Of a stretch of 64,000 nt of DNA, positions 37,396 to 46,409 are shown in pieces. This stretch comes from Escherichia coli (GTDB taxonomy: Bacteria > Pseudomonadota > Gammaproteobacteria > Enterobacterales > Enterobacteriaceae). Below the pieces are notes generated by a model. That model saw only the letters and a list, made by a program, of their open reading frames with translations. It was not told the origin of the DNA and searched no databases. Within the stretch, counting starts at the first letter, position 1. Every line of letters begins with the position of its first letter. The stretch lies in assembly GCA_025544715.1 (NCBI GenBank), contig GCA_025544715.1_4109.3. One strand, 5' to 3'. The position numbers were made by a program, and so were the translations under genes.

Positions 37396-38018
37396 AAGTC
37401 TAAGTCTATACCTTTTTCAATAGATTTCTCTAGAACCCAAAGTTTACATTCTTCACTCTCCAAATGTATCTTTGCCTCTTTCTGTTGTTCTATTGTACAA
37501 GACTTTATGAATTCACGCAAGGCTTCTATCGTATTTTTTAAATTTTTTATATCATCGATAATTTTTTCTTTGGTTTCTTCATCGATTACACATGAACTCC
37601 AACTGTGTCGTTCCTCCCAAACAGTTTTAGTAGGATTATAAATTGATGGAGTAGATTTGAATGCATGGATCTTATTAAAGGTATCGTCCGCTTCTTGTTG
37701 GGTGTAATCACCATATGTTCTTAGCACATTTTTGTATAATTCATCAATGGCCTCTTCATACGTATCACCACCACAATCCAATTGATAATCATGTGCTTGT
37801 ACCCATTCGTCGTCTTGCTCAATATACATTGGTGAAAGAAATTCTACCCAAAATTGATTCTTTGTATTCAATGCTTTGAAATCTTCAATTCGATTTGTCA
37901 TTGGACACACATCATGAGGTTCAATATCAATCCTAGCTGGAACCATATCTTTGTTTATGAATTTAGGATGACCCAAAATCCACCAGTACTTTTCCGATGT
38001 AGTCATAATAATCTCCAA
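37392..38018 (-). CDS. Hypothetical protein (208 aa)
   Basis: ORF in array. Confidence 0.45.
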   Translation of the reverse strand: MEIIMTTSEKYWWILGHPKFINKDMVPARIDIEPHDVCPMTNRIEDFKALNTKNQFWVEFLSPMYIEQDDEWVQAHDYQLDCGGDTYEEAIDELYKNVLRTYGDYTQQEADDTFNKIHAFKSTPSIYNPTKTVWEERHSWSSCVIDEETKEKIIDDIKNLKNTIEALREFIKSCTIEQQKEAKIHLESEECKLWVLEKSIEKGIDLDL

Positions 38019-38052
38019 TTAAAAAGTACTGCCCGTGATGGCAGTACTGATG

Positions 38053-38412
38053 TTAAACGTAACGTTTCTTTTTATAATCATACCCTACTGCTTTGTAAAA
38101 GTCAAACAAAGAAGCATGTTCAAATGTAGGTAATAGATCATATGGGTGCTGATAGTTCGCAATACCAACAATAGCCATCATTGATTCAGCAGTTCTTACG
38201 TTCTCACTATCCCATTCATCTAAACGCCAAAGTGAGCAAAGTACCTCTCGTTCATGTTGCTTACCCAGAAAGAATCCAGCTTCACGGTCACGAAATGCAC
38301 CTACACTGACAGTACTTTTGTACCAGTCTTTTTCACCATATAATGGCATACGGATAATATGTTTTTCTTTAGCTTCTCCAAAGCGATGAAGAAATGCTAC
38401 ATAATCACTCAT
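38053..38412 (-). CDS. Hypothetical protein (119 aa)
   Basis: ORF in array. Confidence 0.45.
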   Translation of the reverse strand: MSDYVAFLHRFGEAKEKHIIRMPLYGEKDWYKSTVSVGAFRDREAGFFLGKQHEREVLCSLWRLDEWDSENVRTAESMMAIVGIANYQHPYDLLPTFEHASLFDFYKAVGYDYKKKRYV

Positions 38413-38579
38413 AATTTATAACCCATTACAGGTTTGTTATGATCCGGTTCGTAAGACTTTTCAGTACTGAACCCTCTGAAATTACCACGTCCTGGATTTG
38501 GACAAGCCATCCCTTGTATTGAATGCTTACCCTTATCTTTGCCACAATTTTTACATTTGTAGCCAATTACTTCTTTCAT
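38409..38579 (-). CDS. Small zinc-ribbon protein (56 aa), not in ORF track
   Basis: Own translation MKEVIGYKCKNCGKDKGKHSIQGMACPNPGRG...; ATGA overlaps on both sides. Confidence 0.35.
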   Translation of the reverse strand: MKEVIGYKCKNCGKDKGKHSIQGMACPNPGRGNFRGFSTEKSYEPDHNKPVMGYKL

Positions 38580-38806
38580 TGTGCATCCTTCGGAACAGTA
38601 TTAAGACGTTTGCGATTCACAATCTTCCTGCACATGAGATTAAGATCTTGCCCATGACGCATAGTATGACATGCATATAGTGTTCCTTGATGATTTAGTT
38701 TTGTTAAACCTTGACGGATGATTTCAGCATCCATCTCATCAACTTTAGGAGCACAGCCACTGAGAAATACAATAGAAGAAATAATAAAAATATATAATAA
38801 TTTCAT
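38576..38806 (-). CDS. Small lipoprotein (76 aa)
   Basis: Signal peptide with lipobox FLSGC. Confidence 0.4.
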   Translation of the reverse strand: MKLLYIFIISSIVFLSGCAPKVDEMDAEIIRQGLTKLNHQGTLYACHTMRHGQDLNLMCRKIVNRKRLNTVPKDAQ

Positions 38807-38809
38807 AAT

Positions 38810-38989
38810 TTAATCACCTATACATAAGTACTCGATTGATGGTTTACCATTAACTAACACAATTCCAGTGTGAGTTAATACACAGTTGTCGGGAGCTTCT
38901 TCAAACACTGATACGTAAATGTATGAACCATTACTAACTGAACAAGATAATACCATAATAACTGCGATTAGTACAAGTAAAATTTTCAT
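38810..38989 (-). CDS. Small lipoprotein (59 aa), not in ORF track
   Basis: Own translation MKILLVLIAVIMVLSCSVSNG...; lipobox VLSC; ATGA overlap with upstream gene. Confidence 0.3.
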   Translation of the reverse strand: MKILLVLIAVIMVLSCSVSNGSYIYVSVFEEAPDNCVLTHTGIVLVNGKPSIEYLCIGD

Positions 38990-39645
38990 ATAAACCTACT
39001 TTTTGATTTATGTAATGCAATTTGTACTCGTGTAATGAACTCACGCTGTACTTCTTCAGCACTGTATCCTTCATATTGTGTCTTGAAAAGTTCCATTGCT
39101 TTTAGTGCCATCTGTACAGAAATGTCTGTAATACTTTCTGTACTGGTGCTTTCAAATACGTTTTTGAGAGTTAGTTCACCATCACAAACATCATCAACTA
39201 CAACTGGGGTATTGTTTTGTTCATCAATGTAACGTAAAGCTTTGTACTCTGCTTTTGTTAGATTTTCATACCAACGTGGGTGGTGGAACAAATCATGCAT
39301 TGTAACTTTTGCTGCTTCCATGAGAAGTAATAGCTCTTCATTTCTGCGAATATGTTTTTCTTCACCTTTATGATTTTTGTAAGTATATGCACAACGCATA
39401 ATGGCTAATCGAACTTCACCTGCTTTGGTGATAGTGTATGAATGTATTGCATTATCATAATCACTTTCCCATTTCTGACCAGCATATTCGTACCAAAGTT
39501 CATTAGTTTCCCATTTAATGAAATCAAATTCTAACAAACTGTCAATCAACTTAGCCAAATTACCACTGTACTCACGGCTAATGATATTGAAACCACCATT
39601 GTACTTTGCAAGGTACAGAATCTTTTCTTGAGTTACATTTTTCAT
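38986..39645 (-). CDS. Hypothetical protein (219 aa)
   Basis: ORF in array. Confidence 0.45.
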   Translation of the reverse strand: MKNVTQEKILYLAKYNGGFNIISREYSGNLAKLIDSLLEFDFIKWETNELWYEYAGQKWESDYDNAIHSYTITKAGEVRLAIMRCAYTYKNHKGEEKHIRRNEELLLLMEAAKVTMHDLFHHPRWYENLTKAEYKALRYIDEQNNTPVVVDDVCDGELTLKNVFESTSTESITDISVQMALKAMELFKTQYEGYSAEEVQREFITRVQIALHKSKSRFI

Positions 39646-39983
39646 TACATGTAATCCTTGATGTATTTTAGCAGTTTAGATTTCTCTTCGGTACTTAATG
39701 ATTTCTTGTTCATTAAATGTTTCATTTCTTGACGTTCAATTTCTTCACATCTTTTAGATTCAGCTTCAATTCGTGTATTATATTCTTCGTCAGTTTCTTC
39801 TCTGGTCCAAATTACATTGTATCCATGAAAACCGCCATAACCACTGTCTGGTGAAAGACTAATGTGACCGTTATATTCAGCACGATACTTATTAAGAGTG
39901 TCAATAAAGGTATCAATGCCACACGGTTCAATTTCAATATAACCAATCACTACAGTAACGTCAATTTTGTTCATAAAGTTCAC
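39645..39983 (-). CDS. Hypothetical protein (112 aa)
   Basis: ORF in array. Confidence 0.45.
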   Translation of the reverse strand: MNFMNKIDVTVVIGYIEIEPCGIDTFIDTLNKYRAEYNGHISLSPDSGYGGFHGYNVIWTREETDEEYNTRIEAESKRCEEIERQEMKHLMNKKSLSTEEKSKLLKYIKDYM

Positions 39984-40001
39984 CTATAAAATTAGGGAGC
40001 A

Positions 40002-40559
40002 TTAGCTCCCTTTGTATTGATGTTTACGTTTAGTACTGTATTTCCAGCCAGTACTGTGTCTTGTTCTGATATCGTCCCAATACGATGGTAATGAACGCAT
40101 CTTACGTCTTCCACGTATATCAGGTTCCCCCTCATCCTTCAGTACTGCACAAGCCATACGACGCTCTTGTTGAGTCTTAGGACGCTTGTATCGGGAGTGG
40201 TTATGTTTGTACATATACGAACGCTTATGTCGCCATTCCGTATCACGAGCTTTGCGTTTATGTTCCCAGTACTCATTATAGAGTATCATGTATTCACCCA
40301 TAAGTAAATCAGGAGATACAAGTAATCCTTTTTCAGTACAAAGATAATAACCCACAAACTCTTCTGGGAACATTTCGTAATAGAAACGGTTCTTCCAAAA
40401 AGTTTCACGATTCTTTTTGTTGAATTCTGCTAAATCAAATTTCATCTTACTGTGGAAACGATCTATCCCTTGATGGTCAGCAATGTATTGAAGTAGATCG
40501 TCTACAATCTCAACTTTACCAGAATCGTGATACAACGTAAATGTTTGGTCAAAAAACAT
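40002..40559 (-). CDS. Hypothetical protein with basic C-terminus (185 aa)
   Basis: ORF in array. Confidence 0.45.
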   Translation of the reverse strand: MFFDQTFTLYHDSGKVEIVDDLLQYIADHQGIDRFHSKMKFDLAEFNKKNRETFWKNRFYYEMFPEEFVGYYLCTEKGLLVSPDLLMGEYMILYNEYWEHKRKARDTEWRHKRSYMYKHNHSRYKRPKTQQERRMACAVLKDEGEPDIRGRRKMRSLPSYWDDIRTRHSTGWKYSTKRKHQYKGS

Positions 40560-40654
40560 ATGAAATCTCCTTTAAGTTAAAATAACCTAATGGAAAGTCA
40601 TTCTTCCTTTAATACATGTTCTCATGATTTGTTCCTTTTGTCAAGATATAGATA

Positions 40655-40681
40655 TAAAAAATCCCTGCCAAAAGACAGGGA
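40655..40681 (-). terminator. Rho-independent terminator
   Basis: Hairpin TCCCTG-loop-CAGGGA then T6. Confidence 0.55.
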
Positions 40682-40785
40682 CGAAAAACTGAAATAACAC
40701 ATGGAGTTCTTTTTAATTTAATAAAAAGTATTATTATTCTTATAAAAGTATTTATTAAGAACTCCACAATATGGCTTCAAATGAA

Positions 40786-40974
40786 TCAAAAACCTTTCTG
40801 AGCTACTAGTTCACGGTACTGTGCACGAGTTAGTACACCTTGTTTGCGTAGAGCTTGTAGACCGGATAGGGTTTCACTCTTACGTTGTTCGTACATACGT
40901 TGTTCTTTGGATTGAATAACTTTCTCTTTCTTAACTTTTGCTACTGGTTCTTGTTTCTTAGGTTGTTTAGCCAT
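40786..40974 (-). CDS. Small basic protein (62 aa)
   Basis: Lys-rich N-terminus; ORF. Confidence 0.4.
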   Translation of the reverse strand: MAKQPKKQEPVAKVKKEKVIQSKEQRMYEQRKSETLSGLQALRKQGVLTRAQYRELVAQKGF

Positions 40975-41042
40975 TTTATATCTCCTTCTGTATTATGATA
41001 ACAACATTATATCATGTATGGGACATAATGTCCCATACAATA

Positions 41043-42482
41043 TTACATATTTTCTTCAGCAAATTCAGCCAGTGGTGAACGAACAACACCTTCTAGTTCG
41101 ATGACACGACAACCTGCCCAGTCTTTAAACTTCTCAGTTACATAAGTCAAACCACTGTTAACTGGACTAATAAACTTACTGTCAATCTGACTCAAGTTAC
41201 CCATAATTACTACTTTACAGTTTAACCCTGCTCGTGTCAAGATGGTTTTTGCTTGTGCAGGTGTAATGTTTTGGAATTCATCAACTACTAGAATAGTGTT
41301 GGTGAATGAACGTCCACGTACAAAGTTTAGTGCTTTAAATTGAATAACATTACGTTTCATAATCTCTTCAATACTACCTTGTGGGTTAGCATCATCTTTA
41401 TGAAGAAACTCTAACGCATCAATCGCGGCTCCACAGAATGGAATCACTTTTTCTGCTTCTGAACCTGGCAAGAAACCAATATCTTCAAACTGTGAGTCTT
41501 GAGTTTTAGAGAAGATGATTCGGTCGTATTTACGTTTTTCCAGTACTAATTCCAATGCAGTAGCAATCGTAATTAGTGTTTTACCAGTACCAGCAGAACC
41601 TAGCAGTACTGTTAGATGTACATCAGGATCGAGAATACTGTTGATAGCGAGTGCTTGTTGGATATTCTTTGCTTTAATATCCCATACTTTAGCACGTAAA
41701 GCCACTGATTGTCCAATGTCTTGGAATACCAAAATATCTTCTGGTGTTAGTGTTCCATCATCTTCCTCAATTGCTGATTGTCCTTCGTACACAAATAATA
41801 CGTCAGCATCATCATATAGGTAATCACCGATGCATAGATTTTGTGGAAGCAGATGTTCAATCAAGCTTTTAGAAATGTAATGATACAAACGACGACCAAC
41901 TTGTTCGGATTGAATATTAGTATTGGTTAAGTTGCTGTATACTTCCCAAAAATTGATTTCCAGATGGTGTTGACCAATGTGAATCAAATCACTATCACCA
42001 ATAACAATATCATGGCGATAATCTTGTACCTCGACACCATAACTTAGTGCTTTGATACGCATGTTGATATCACGAGTTACCAGTACTGATTCTGTTGCTA
42101 AAGCTACCAGAATGATTTTATCATCAGGTACAGTACTTTTGAGAAGGGTTTGAACTTTCTCTTCTGTACCTTTAGTACGAATTAGTGCCTCAGCTTCTTC
42201 GTTTGTAATAACAAACAATTTGCTATCAGGATTCATATTGGTATGAACATCAGCAATATTAACACCAGTACTACTAATCTCGTCATGTGATGCATCTGCA
42301 ATAATTGCTTCAATGTTACGAATAGCAACACGTGCATCGCGTGAAACATCTACATTACGACTCTTAATCGAATCTAATTCTTCCAGTACTGTAAATGGTA
42401 GAATGATTGCAGCACCATCAAAAGCAATAGATGCATTAGGGTCAGATAGTAGTACGTTTGTGTCAATTGTATATTTTTTCAT
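41043..42482 (-). CDS. phoH: PhoH-family ATPase with N-terminal PIN domain (PhoH2-type)
   Basis: Walker A GSAGTGKT; N-terminal PIN-like YTIDTNVLLSDP. Confidence 0.7.
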   Translation of the reverse strand: MKKYTIDTNVLLSDPNASIAFDGAAIILPFTVLEELDSIKSRNVDVSRDARVAIRNIEAIIADASHDEISSTGVNIADVHTNMNPDSKLFVITNEEAEALIRTKGTEEKVQTLLKSTVPDDKIILVALATESVLVTRDINMRIKALSYGVEVQDYRHDIVIGDSDLIHIGQHHLEINFWEVYSNLTNTNIQSEQVGRRLYHYISKSLIEHLLPQNLCIGDYLYDDADVLFVYEGQSAIEEDDGTLTPEDILVFQDIGQSVALRAKVWDIKAKNIQQALAINSILDPDVHLTVLLGSAGTGKTLITIATALELVLEKRKYDRIIFSKTQDSQFEDIGFLPGSEAEKVIPFCGAAIDALEFLHKDDANPQGSIEEIMKRNVIQFKALNFVRGRSFTNTILVVDEFQNITPAQAKTILTRAGLNCKVVIMGNLSQIDSKFISPVNSGLTYVTEKFKDWAGCRVIELEGVVRSPLAEFAEENM

Positions 42483-42542
42483 AAAACATCCTTGAGTTAT
42501 GAGTACATCCTTGTACTCGACTAATGTTATTGACTCGGATTA

Positions 42543-42845
42543 TTACATATTTGGTTCGTATTCAACATAGCAACGTGAACCTCGAACCTTTTCTTCCCAG
42601 CACTCCTGGTAAACAAGTTGACCAATTGAAACTGGTTCTCTTGATAGTCCATTACGTACTTCACCACTTTGGGTTTTATACATGAATGAACATTTGGACT
42701 CGCTACATTGTCCTAAACTAACAACTTCTGCGGTATTGTAGTGAATGTTGGTACGCTTAGTGTTCTCGTGATACTGTCCGAACCAAAGAACTCCTGCACC
42801 TAACAGAACAGTACAAATAAGACTTTTAATGTGTGTTTGAATCAT
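42543..42845 (-). CDS. Membrane-anchored small protein (100 aa)
   Basis: N-terminal TM helix; Cys-rich. Confidence 0.4.
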   Translation of the reverse strand: MIQTHIKSLICTVLLGAGVLWFGQYHENTKRTNIHYNTAEVVSLGQCSESKCSFMYKTQSGEVRNGLSREPVSIGQLVYQECWEEKVRGSRCYVEYEPNM

Positions 42846-43162
42846 AATGCGTTAAATCCATTGTTTAAGTATGTTTCAATATTAATTTTACCAACAGGAT
42901 TACTACTGTGAACAAAGTACTCAAACGGTTCTTTAATATTATTATCAAACATATAATCAATAAGAAACTTAGCAAAAGAATATCCAGTCTTTTCGTCTTC
43001 GCTCACATCACCCAAGTCATGGTCGAATGATACAAATGCTGGAATTCCATTTTCAATAACATATTCACATGCACTTTTAAAGTCACGACATACCACCATA
43101 TCTTGGTTTGGATAATATAGATTTGCATCACGAATATCATCCAAAAACATTGAGTAAGACAT
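42842..43162 (-). CDS. Cyclic-phosphate processing receiver (CPR) domain protein
   Basis: Pattern FLDDIR...VSFDHDLG...TGYSFAKFL matches CPR signature as recalled. Confidence 0.55.
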   Translation of the reverse strand: MSYSMFLDDIRDANLYYPNQDMVVCRDFKSACEYVIENGIPAFVSFDHDLGDVSEDEKTGYSFAKFLIDYMFDNNIKEPFEYFVHSSNPVGKINIETYLNNGFNAL

Positions 43163-43171
43163 GTTAAACTC

Positions 43172-43723
43172 CTATAGATAACTAATTAGTAAGTTTTCTT
43201 TTTGAACCAGATACTCCAATTCTTGTTTTGCTGTACCGATGAAGTTCTGTGTCATAAGATTATTATATCCCGCTTCTCGATTTTGTCCCTTAGAATAACG
43301 AGAAATATGACATAAATTTACACCAGCAACTTCAGCACTCGCATGTTTAGCATTAGTGTATCCATCTCTAATGTGTTTCAACTCGTCATAGCTTACTTCA
43401 TAGCTAAAACTATGACTGTTTGCACCTGGGTAAATTTCAAAAGTTTTGAGTGGTCGGAGATGGGAAACAAAAATATTGTAATCCATTTCTTCTTGAACTT
43501 CACGACGCAATGCATCTTCTAATGAGATATCAGTACTTTCTACGGTTCCACCACATCCACCAAGAAGACCATCCCATCGTAATTGTAGTAAAACTAAATT
43601 TACTTCTGGTATATCATTCAACTCATAGTTTTTGTAAGGGTTGCATTTTCTTGCAAAGAAATAACAAAATACAAAATTTGCACGTGAGCCATATTCACCA
43701 AAGGGAACTTCTTTAACACTCAT
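43172..43723 (-). CDS. Nudix-like hydrolase (second copy)
   Basis: Degenerate Nudix box ...RREVQEEMDY; operon with Sir2 and CPR. Confidence 0.5.
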   Translation of the reverse strand: MSVKEVPFGEYGSRANFVFCYFFARKCNPYKNYELNDIPEVNLVLLQLRWDGLLGGCGGTVESTDISLEDALRREVQEEMDYNIFVSHLRPLKTFEIYPGANSHSFSYEVSYDELKHIRDGYTNAKHASAEVAGVNLCHISRYSKGQNREAGYNNLMTQNFIGTAKQELEYLVQKENLLISYL

Positions 43724-44478
43724 TTCATACGTTCCTTAATTATAGTCTCTAGATGTGGTATTGCTTTGGTTGCTGGCTTGATAACTTTTTCATTAAACAA
43801 AAAATCATTATCATTTTTACGAATGTTAACATTAACACTATAACATGGCAATGCTGCTGCTAATCTCGACCATACCAGTACTGTATCGCTACTACCAATT
43901 ACAATAACTGTATCATTTTCATTAAGAGATTTCAACACATTATTTCGTTCTTCGTAAATTGGTAAGCGAATACCATCAACATAACGATGATATTCTCCAA
44001 TCATTACTACATTTGGTTTAGCAAAAACATCATGCTTTGGTATGTATGGTTCGTATCCGCAGTTAATAACATTATAATCATCGGAATTAATACTATAATT
44101 TTCAATAACTTCGCACAAGTTTCCATGAAGTTTAAGCTCATGACCACCAATACGAGTATAAAGATCATCCATGTTAGAAGTCATATGAAGGAAGCAATCA
44201 CCATATTGATCTTCTAACGATTTTATAAAATAATGCATTGCATTGGGTTCGCATTGTCCCAATTTTACACGTAATGTATTATAGAAGGAATGAACAACGT
44301 GATATTTTGTAGTTAAACTAGCAATGTTACATACATCATTAATTTTAAATGTATCCCACAAACCATCATCAAATCGAAAAGGTTCCATACCACTTTCAAC
44401 GGAAAGTCCTGCACCTGATATAATCAGTAATCGTTTTTTACCTTCATTGCTTATAAATTTTTCTGATATCATATTCAA
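43720..44478 (-). CDS. Sir2-family (sirtuin/CobB-like) NAD-dependent enzyme
   Basis: GAGLSVESGMEPFR, PNAMH, TSNMDDLYTRIG, HGNL align with CobB GAGISAESGIRTFR, PNAAH, TQNIDNLHERAG, HGEL. Confidence 0.75.
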   Translation of the reverse strand: MNMISEKFISNEGKKRLLIISGAGLSVESGMEPFRFDDGLWDTFKINDVCNIASLTTKYHVVHSFYNTLRVKLGQCEPNAMHYFIKSLEDQYGDCFLHMTSNMDDLYTRIGGHELKLHGNLCEVIENYSINSDDYNVINCGYEPYIPKHDVFAKPNVVMIGEYHRYVDGIRLPIYEERNNVLKSLNENDTVIVIGSSDTVLVWSRLAAALPCYSVNVNIRKNDNDFLFNEKVIKPATKAIPHLETIIKERMK

Positions 44479-44481
44479 TCC

Positions 44482-44676
44482 TTATAAAAAACCAATTAAA
44501 TATATTGATAATAACAGAATGATTCCAATATGATAGGCATACATAAAATTATTATCTTTGTGATAACCTTTGGATGTCAAGTCCCTATATAAGCATTTAG
44601 CATTGTTATAAATTACAACAATAGAAAAAACTATAAAAAAACTCAAAACCCATTCATAAATTGTGTATGCCATCAT
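44482..44676 (-). CDS. Small membrane protein (64 aa)
   Basis: Two hydrophobic helices. Confidence 0.35.
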   Translation of the reverse strand: MMAYTIYEWVLSFFIVFSIVVIYNNAKCLYRDLTSKGYHKDNNFMYAYHIGIILLLSIYLIGFL

Positions 44677-44694
44677 CTATTCTCTCTTATAATT

Positions 44695-45291
44695 TTAATA
44701 CTTTAAAACATCAAACTCTGCACTTACACTAGTTACATTATCACTGACAATTTTAAAAATTGATTTGATGCGTTCATGTAGTGGTACTTTTGATTCATTC
44801 TCAACTTCAATATATGCTTGCATTGCTGCAATAGCATGATATGTCCCGCTACCTACGGCTGTGATTCGTGTTTTCGGTTGAAGAACTGAAAAATCTTCTT
44901 GAACTTCATAAATTGTATGATTGTGGAGAATGATGAACTGACCACCACCTACTTCTTGTGAAGGATCACGAGAACCCCATTCCTCTTTGAACATTTGACG
45001 AATAATAGGAATAACTTTCAGTACTAAGTACTGTGGGAACGTCTCATTGGCATCTTGCTGTGGTAGATTCAAACTGTAAGTAAGAAGTTGACCCATACGG
45101 AATGATGTGGTGTAACCAATCGCCATAATTTCTTTTGTACGGGTCAAACCAGCATCATCATTGATTTTAATGAATTCTTTCTCAAATACTTTAGGCTCAG
45201 TTTGAACTGATTTTGTGAAACCATTACTTCCTAGTTTGTCCCCTGCAATAAAAGAAGTTACACCATCAGTGTGTGCAATGATACATGTCAT
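44695..45291 (-). CDS. HslV/proteasome-beta-like Ntn-hydrolase (start MTCIIA at 45291)
   Basis: N-terminal Met-Thr, IAGD and GSGTYHAIAA blocks parallel HslV; ATGA overlap with upstream gene. Confidence 0.5.
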   Translation of the reverse strand: MTCIIAHTDGVTSFIAGDKLGSNGFTKSVQTEPKVFEKEFIKINDDAGLTRTKEIMAIGYTTSFRMGQLLTYSLNLPQQDANETFPQYLVLKVIPIIRQMFKEEWGSRDPSQEVGGGQFIILHNHTIYEVQEDFSVLQPKTRITAVGSGTYHAIAAMQAYIEVENESKVPLHERIKSIFKIVSDNVTSVSAEFDVLKY

Positions 45292-45548
45292 AAAATAGCT
45301 CCAATTGCAAATAAAGTTGTATATAAAATATAAATCAATGTACCTAATAACATTAGACACACCAAATATGATGTTGCCAGAACATAATAAATTATTGCTT
45401 CAAACTTTGAATTGAACTTCATTGTTGTGTTATCAATAAAGCCATTTTTGTAATCTTTGTAAATGAAAACTGTTAGGAAAAGTACAGTAATATACATCAC
45501 TACTGTAGCATAAAAAATAATAGATGTCAAATTTTGGATGTTTGTCAT
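45288..45548 (-). CDS. Membrane protein (86 aa)
   Basis: Hydrophobic helices. Confidence 0.4.
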   Translation of the reverse strand: MTNIQNLTSIIFYATVVMYITVLFLTVFIYKDYKNGFIDNTTMKFNSKFEAIIYYVLATSYLVCLMLLGTLIYILYTTLFAIGAIL

Positions 45549-45618
45549 AGTTATATAATCTCAATATAATTAATAACAAAGGAAGTACAACATAATCATC
45601 CTGTTATTTTAATTATTT

Positions 45619-46227
45619 TTATTGGTTTACTGATCCATATCGGATTAGTTCAGTTTTTGTCAAGATAACAACATCTTCACCACGAGAACGGCTAACTTTA
45701 TATAGAACGTCTGGTGGAATTCCATTTGCAGAATATAGTGTAAATAGAAAACCTACTTTAGTTGCCATTTCTTCAGTAAAAGTTGATAGCTGCCTAACTG
45801 ATACAAAAGAATTATCACCGTCTTTAACATTACTTTTAATAGAAATGTTATGAAGTCCCAGTACTGAGCGATTTATCATGTATCGCTTTTCAAAAGCTAC
45901 ACTAAAGAATACCACAGTACATGCTGAGTTGCAATACCTAGAAACAATTAAATTTATACCATTGTCTCTAACGAAGTTTGCCATTTTAATTCCAGCATCA
46001 AAATCACCACCTGGTGATGTGATTGTAATGGTATCATAGTGTTCTTTATCATACAACTCCATCATACGCTTGAGTGATCCATCTGTAATATCTGAGATGA
46101 AATATACATTACGTGTTTCTGGATTGTACTTTATCACATTTTTACGTTCAACACCAGCACTGGCTGGAAAATTTATCAACATCAGAAGCATTACTGCTTG
46201 TACTACCTCAAGCCATAGTCTTTTCAT
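45619..46227 (-). CDS. Secreted ClpP/S49-fold serine peptidase-like protein
   Basis: Signal-peptide-like N-terminus; ITSPGGDFDAG motif. Confidence 0.5.
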   Translation of the reverse strand: MKRLWLEVVQAVMLLMLINFPASAGVERKNVIKYNPETRNVYFISDITDGSLKRMMELYDKEHYDTITITSPGGDFDAGIKMANFVRDNGINLIVSRYCNSACTVVFFSVAFEKRYMINRSVLGLHNISIKSNVKDGDNSFVSVRQLSTFTEEMATKVGFLFTLYSANGIPPDVLYKVSRSRGEDVVILTKTELIRYGSVNQ

Positions 46228-46255
46228 AACAAATCCTTAATTTTGGTTAGGAAGA

Positions 46256-46263
46256 TATAAATA
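46256..46263 (+). promoter_or_regulatory. T4-late-promoter-like box TATAAATA (plus strand)
   Basis: Exact octamer ~150 nt upstream of plus-strand gene start. Confidence 0.25.
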
Positions 46264-46409
46264 ATATAGTACTTAAACACTTAAGTCAAACTTTTTCTGT
46301 ACTTAACTCAAATTTCCCTCATCAGATAATCCCCTTAGTACAATCACTGTGAAGATTCTATCACAAACCCATACCAAATGTAAAGCTTTTTTTATAAGGA
46401 GTGCCCTTC

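Noticed and set aside
44695-45360. Longer start for the HslV-like gene (track start 45360)
   Set aside because: The 23-aa extension overlaps the upstream membrane-protein gene; the Met-Thr start at 45291 matches the Ntn-hydrolase N-terminus and forms an ATGA overlap.
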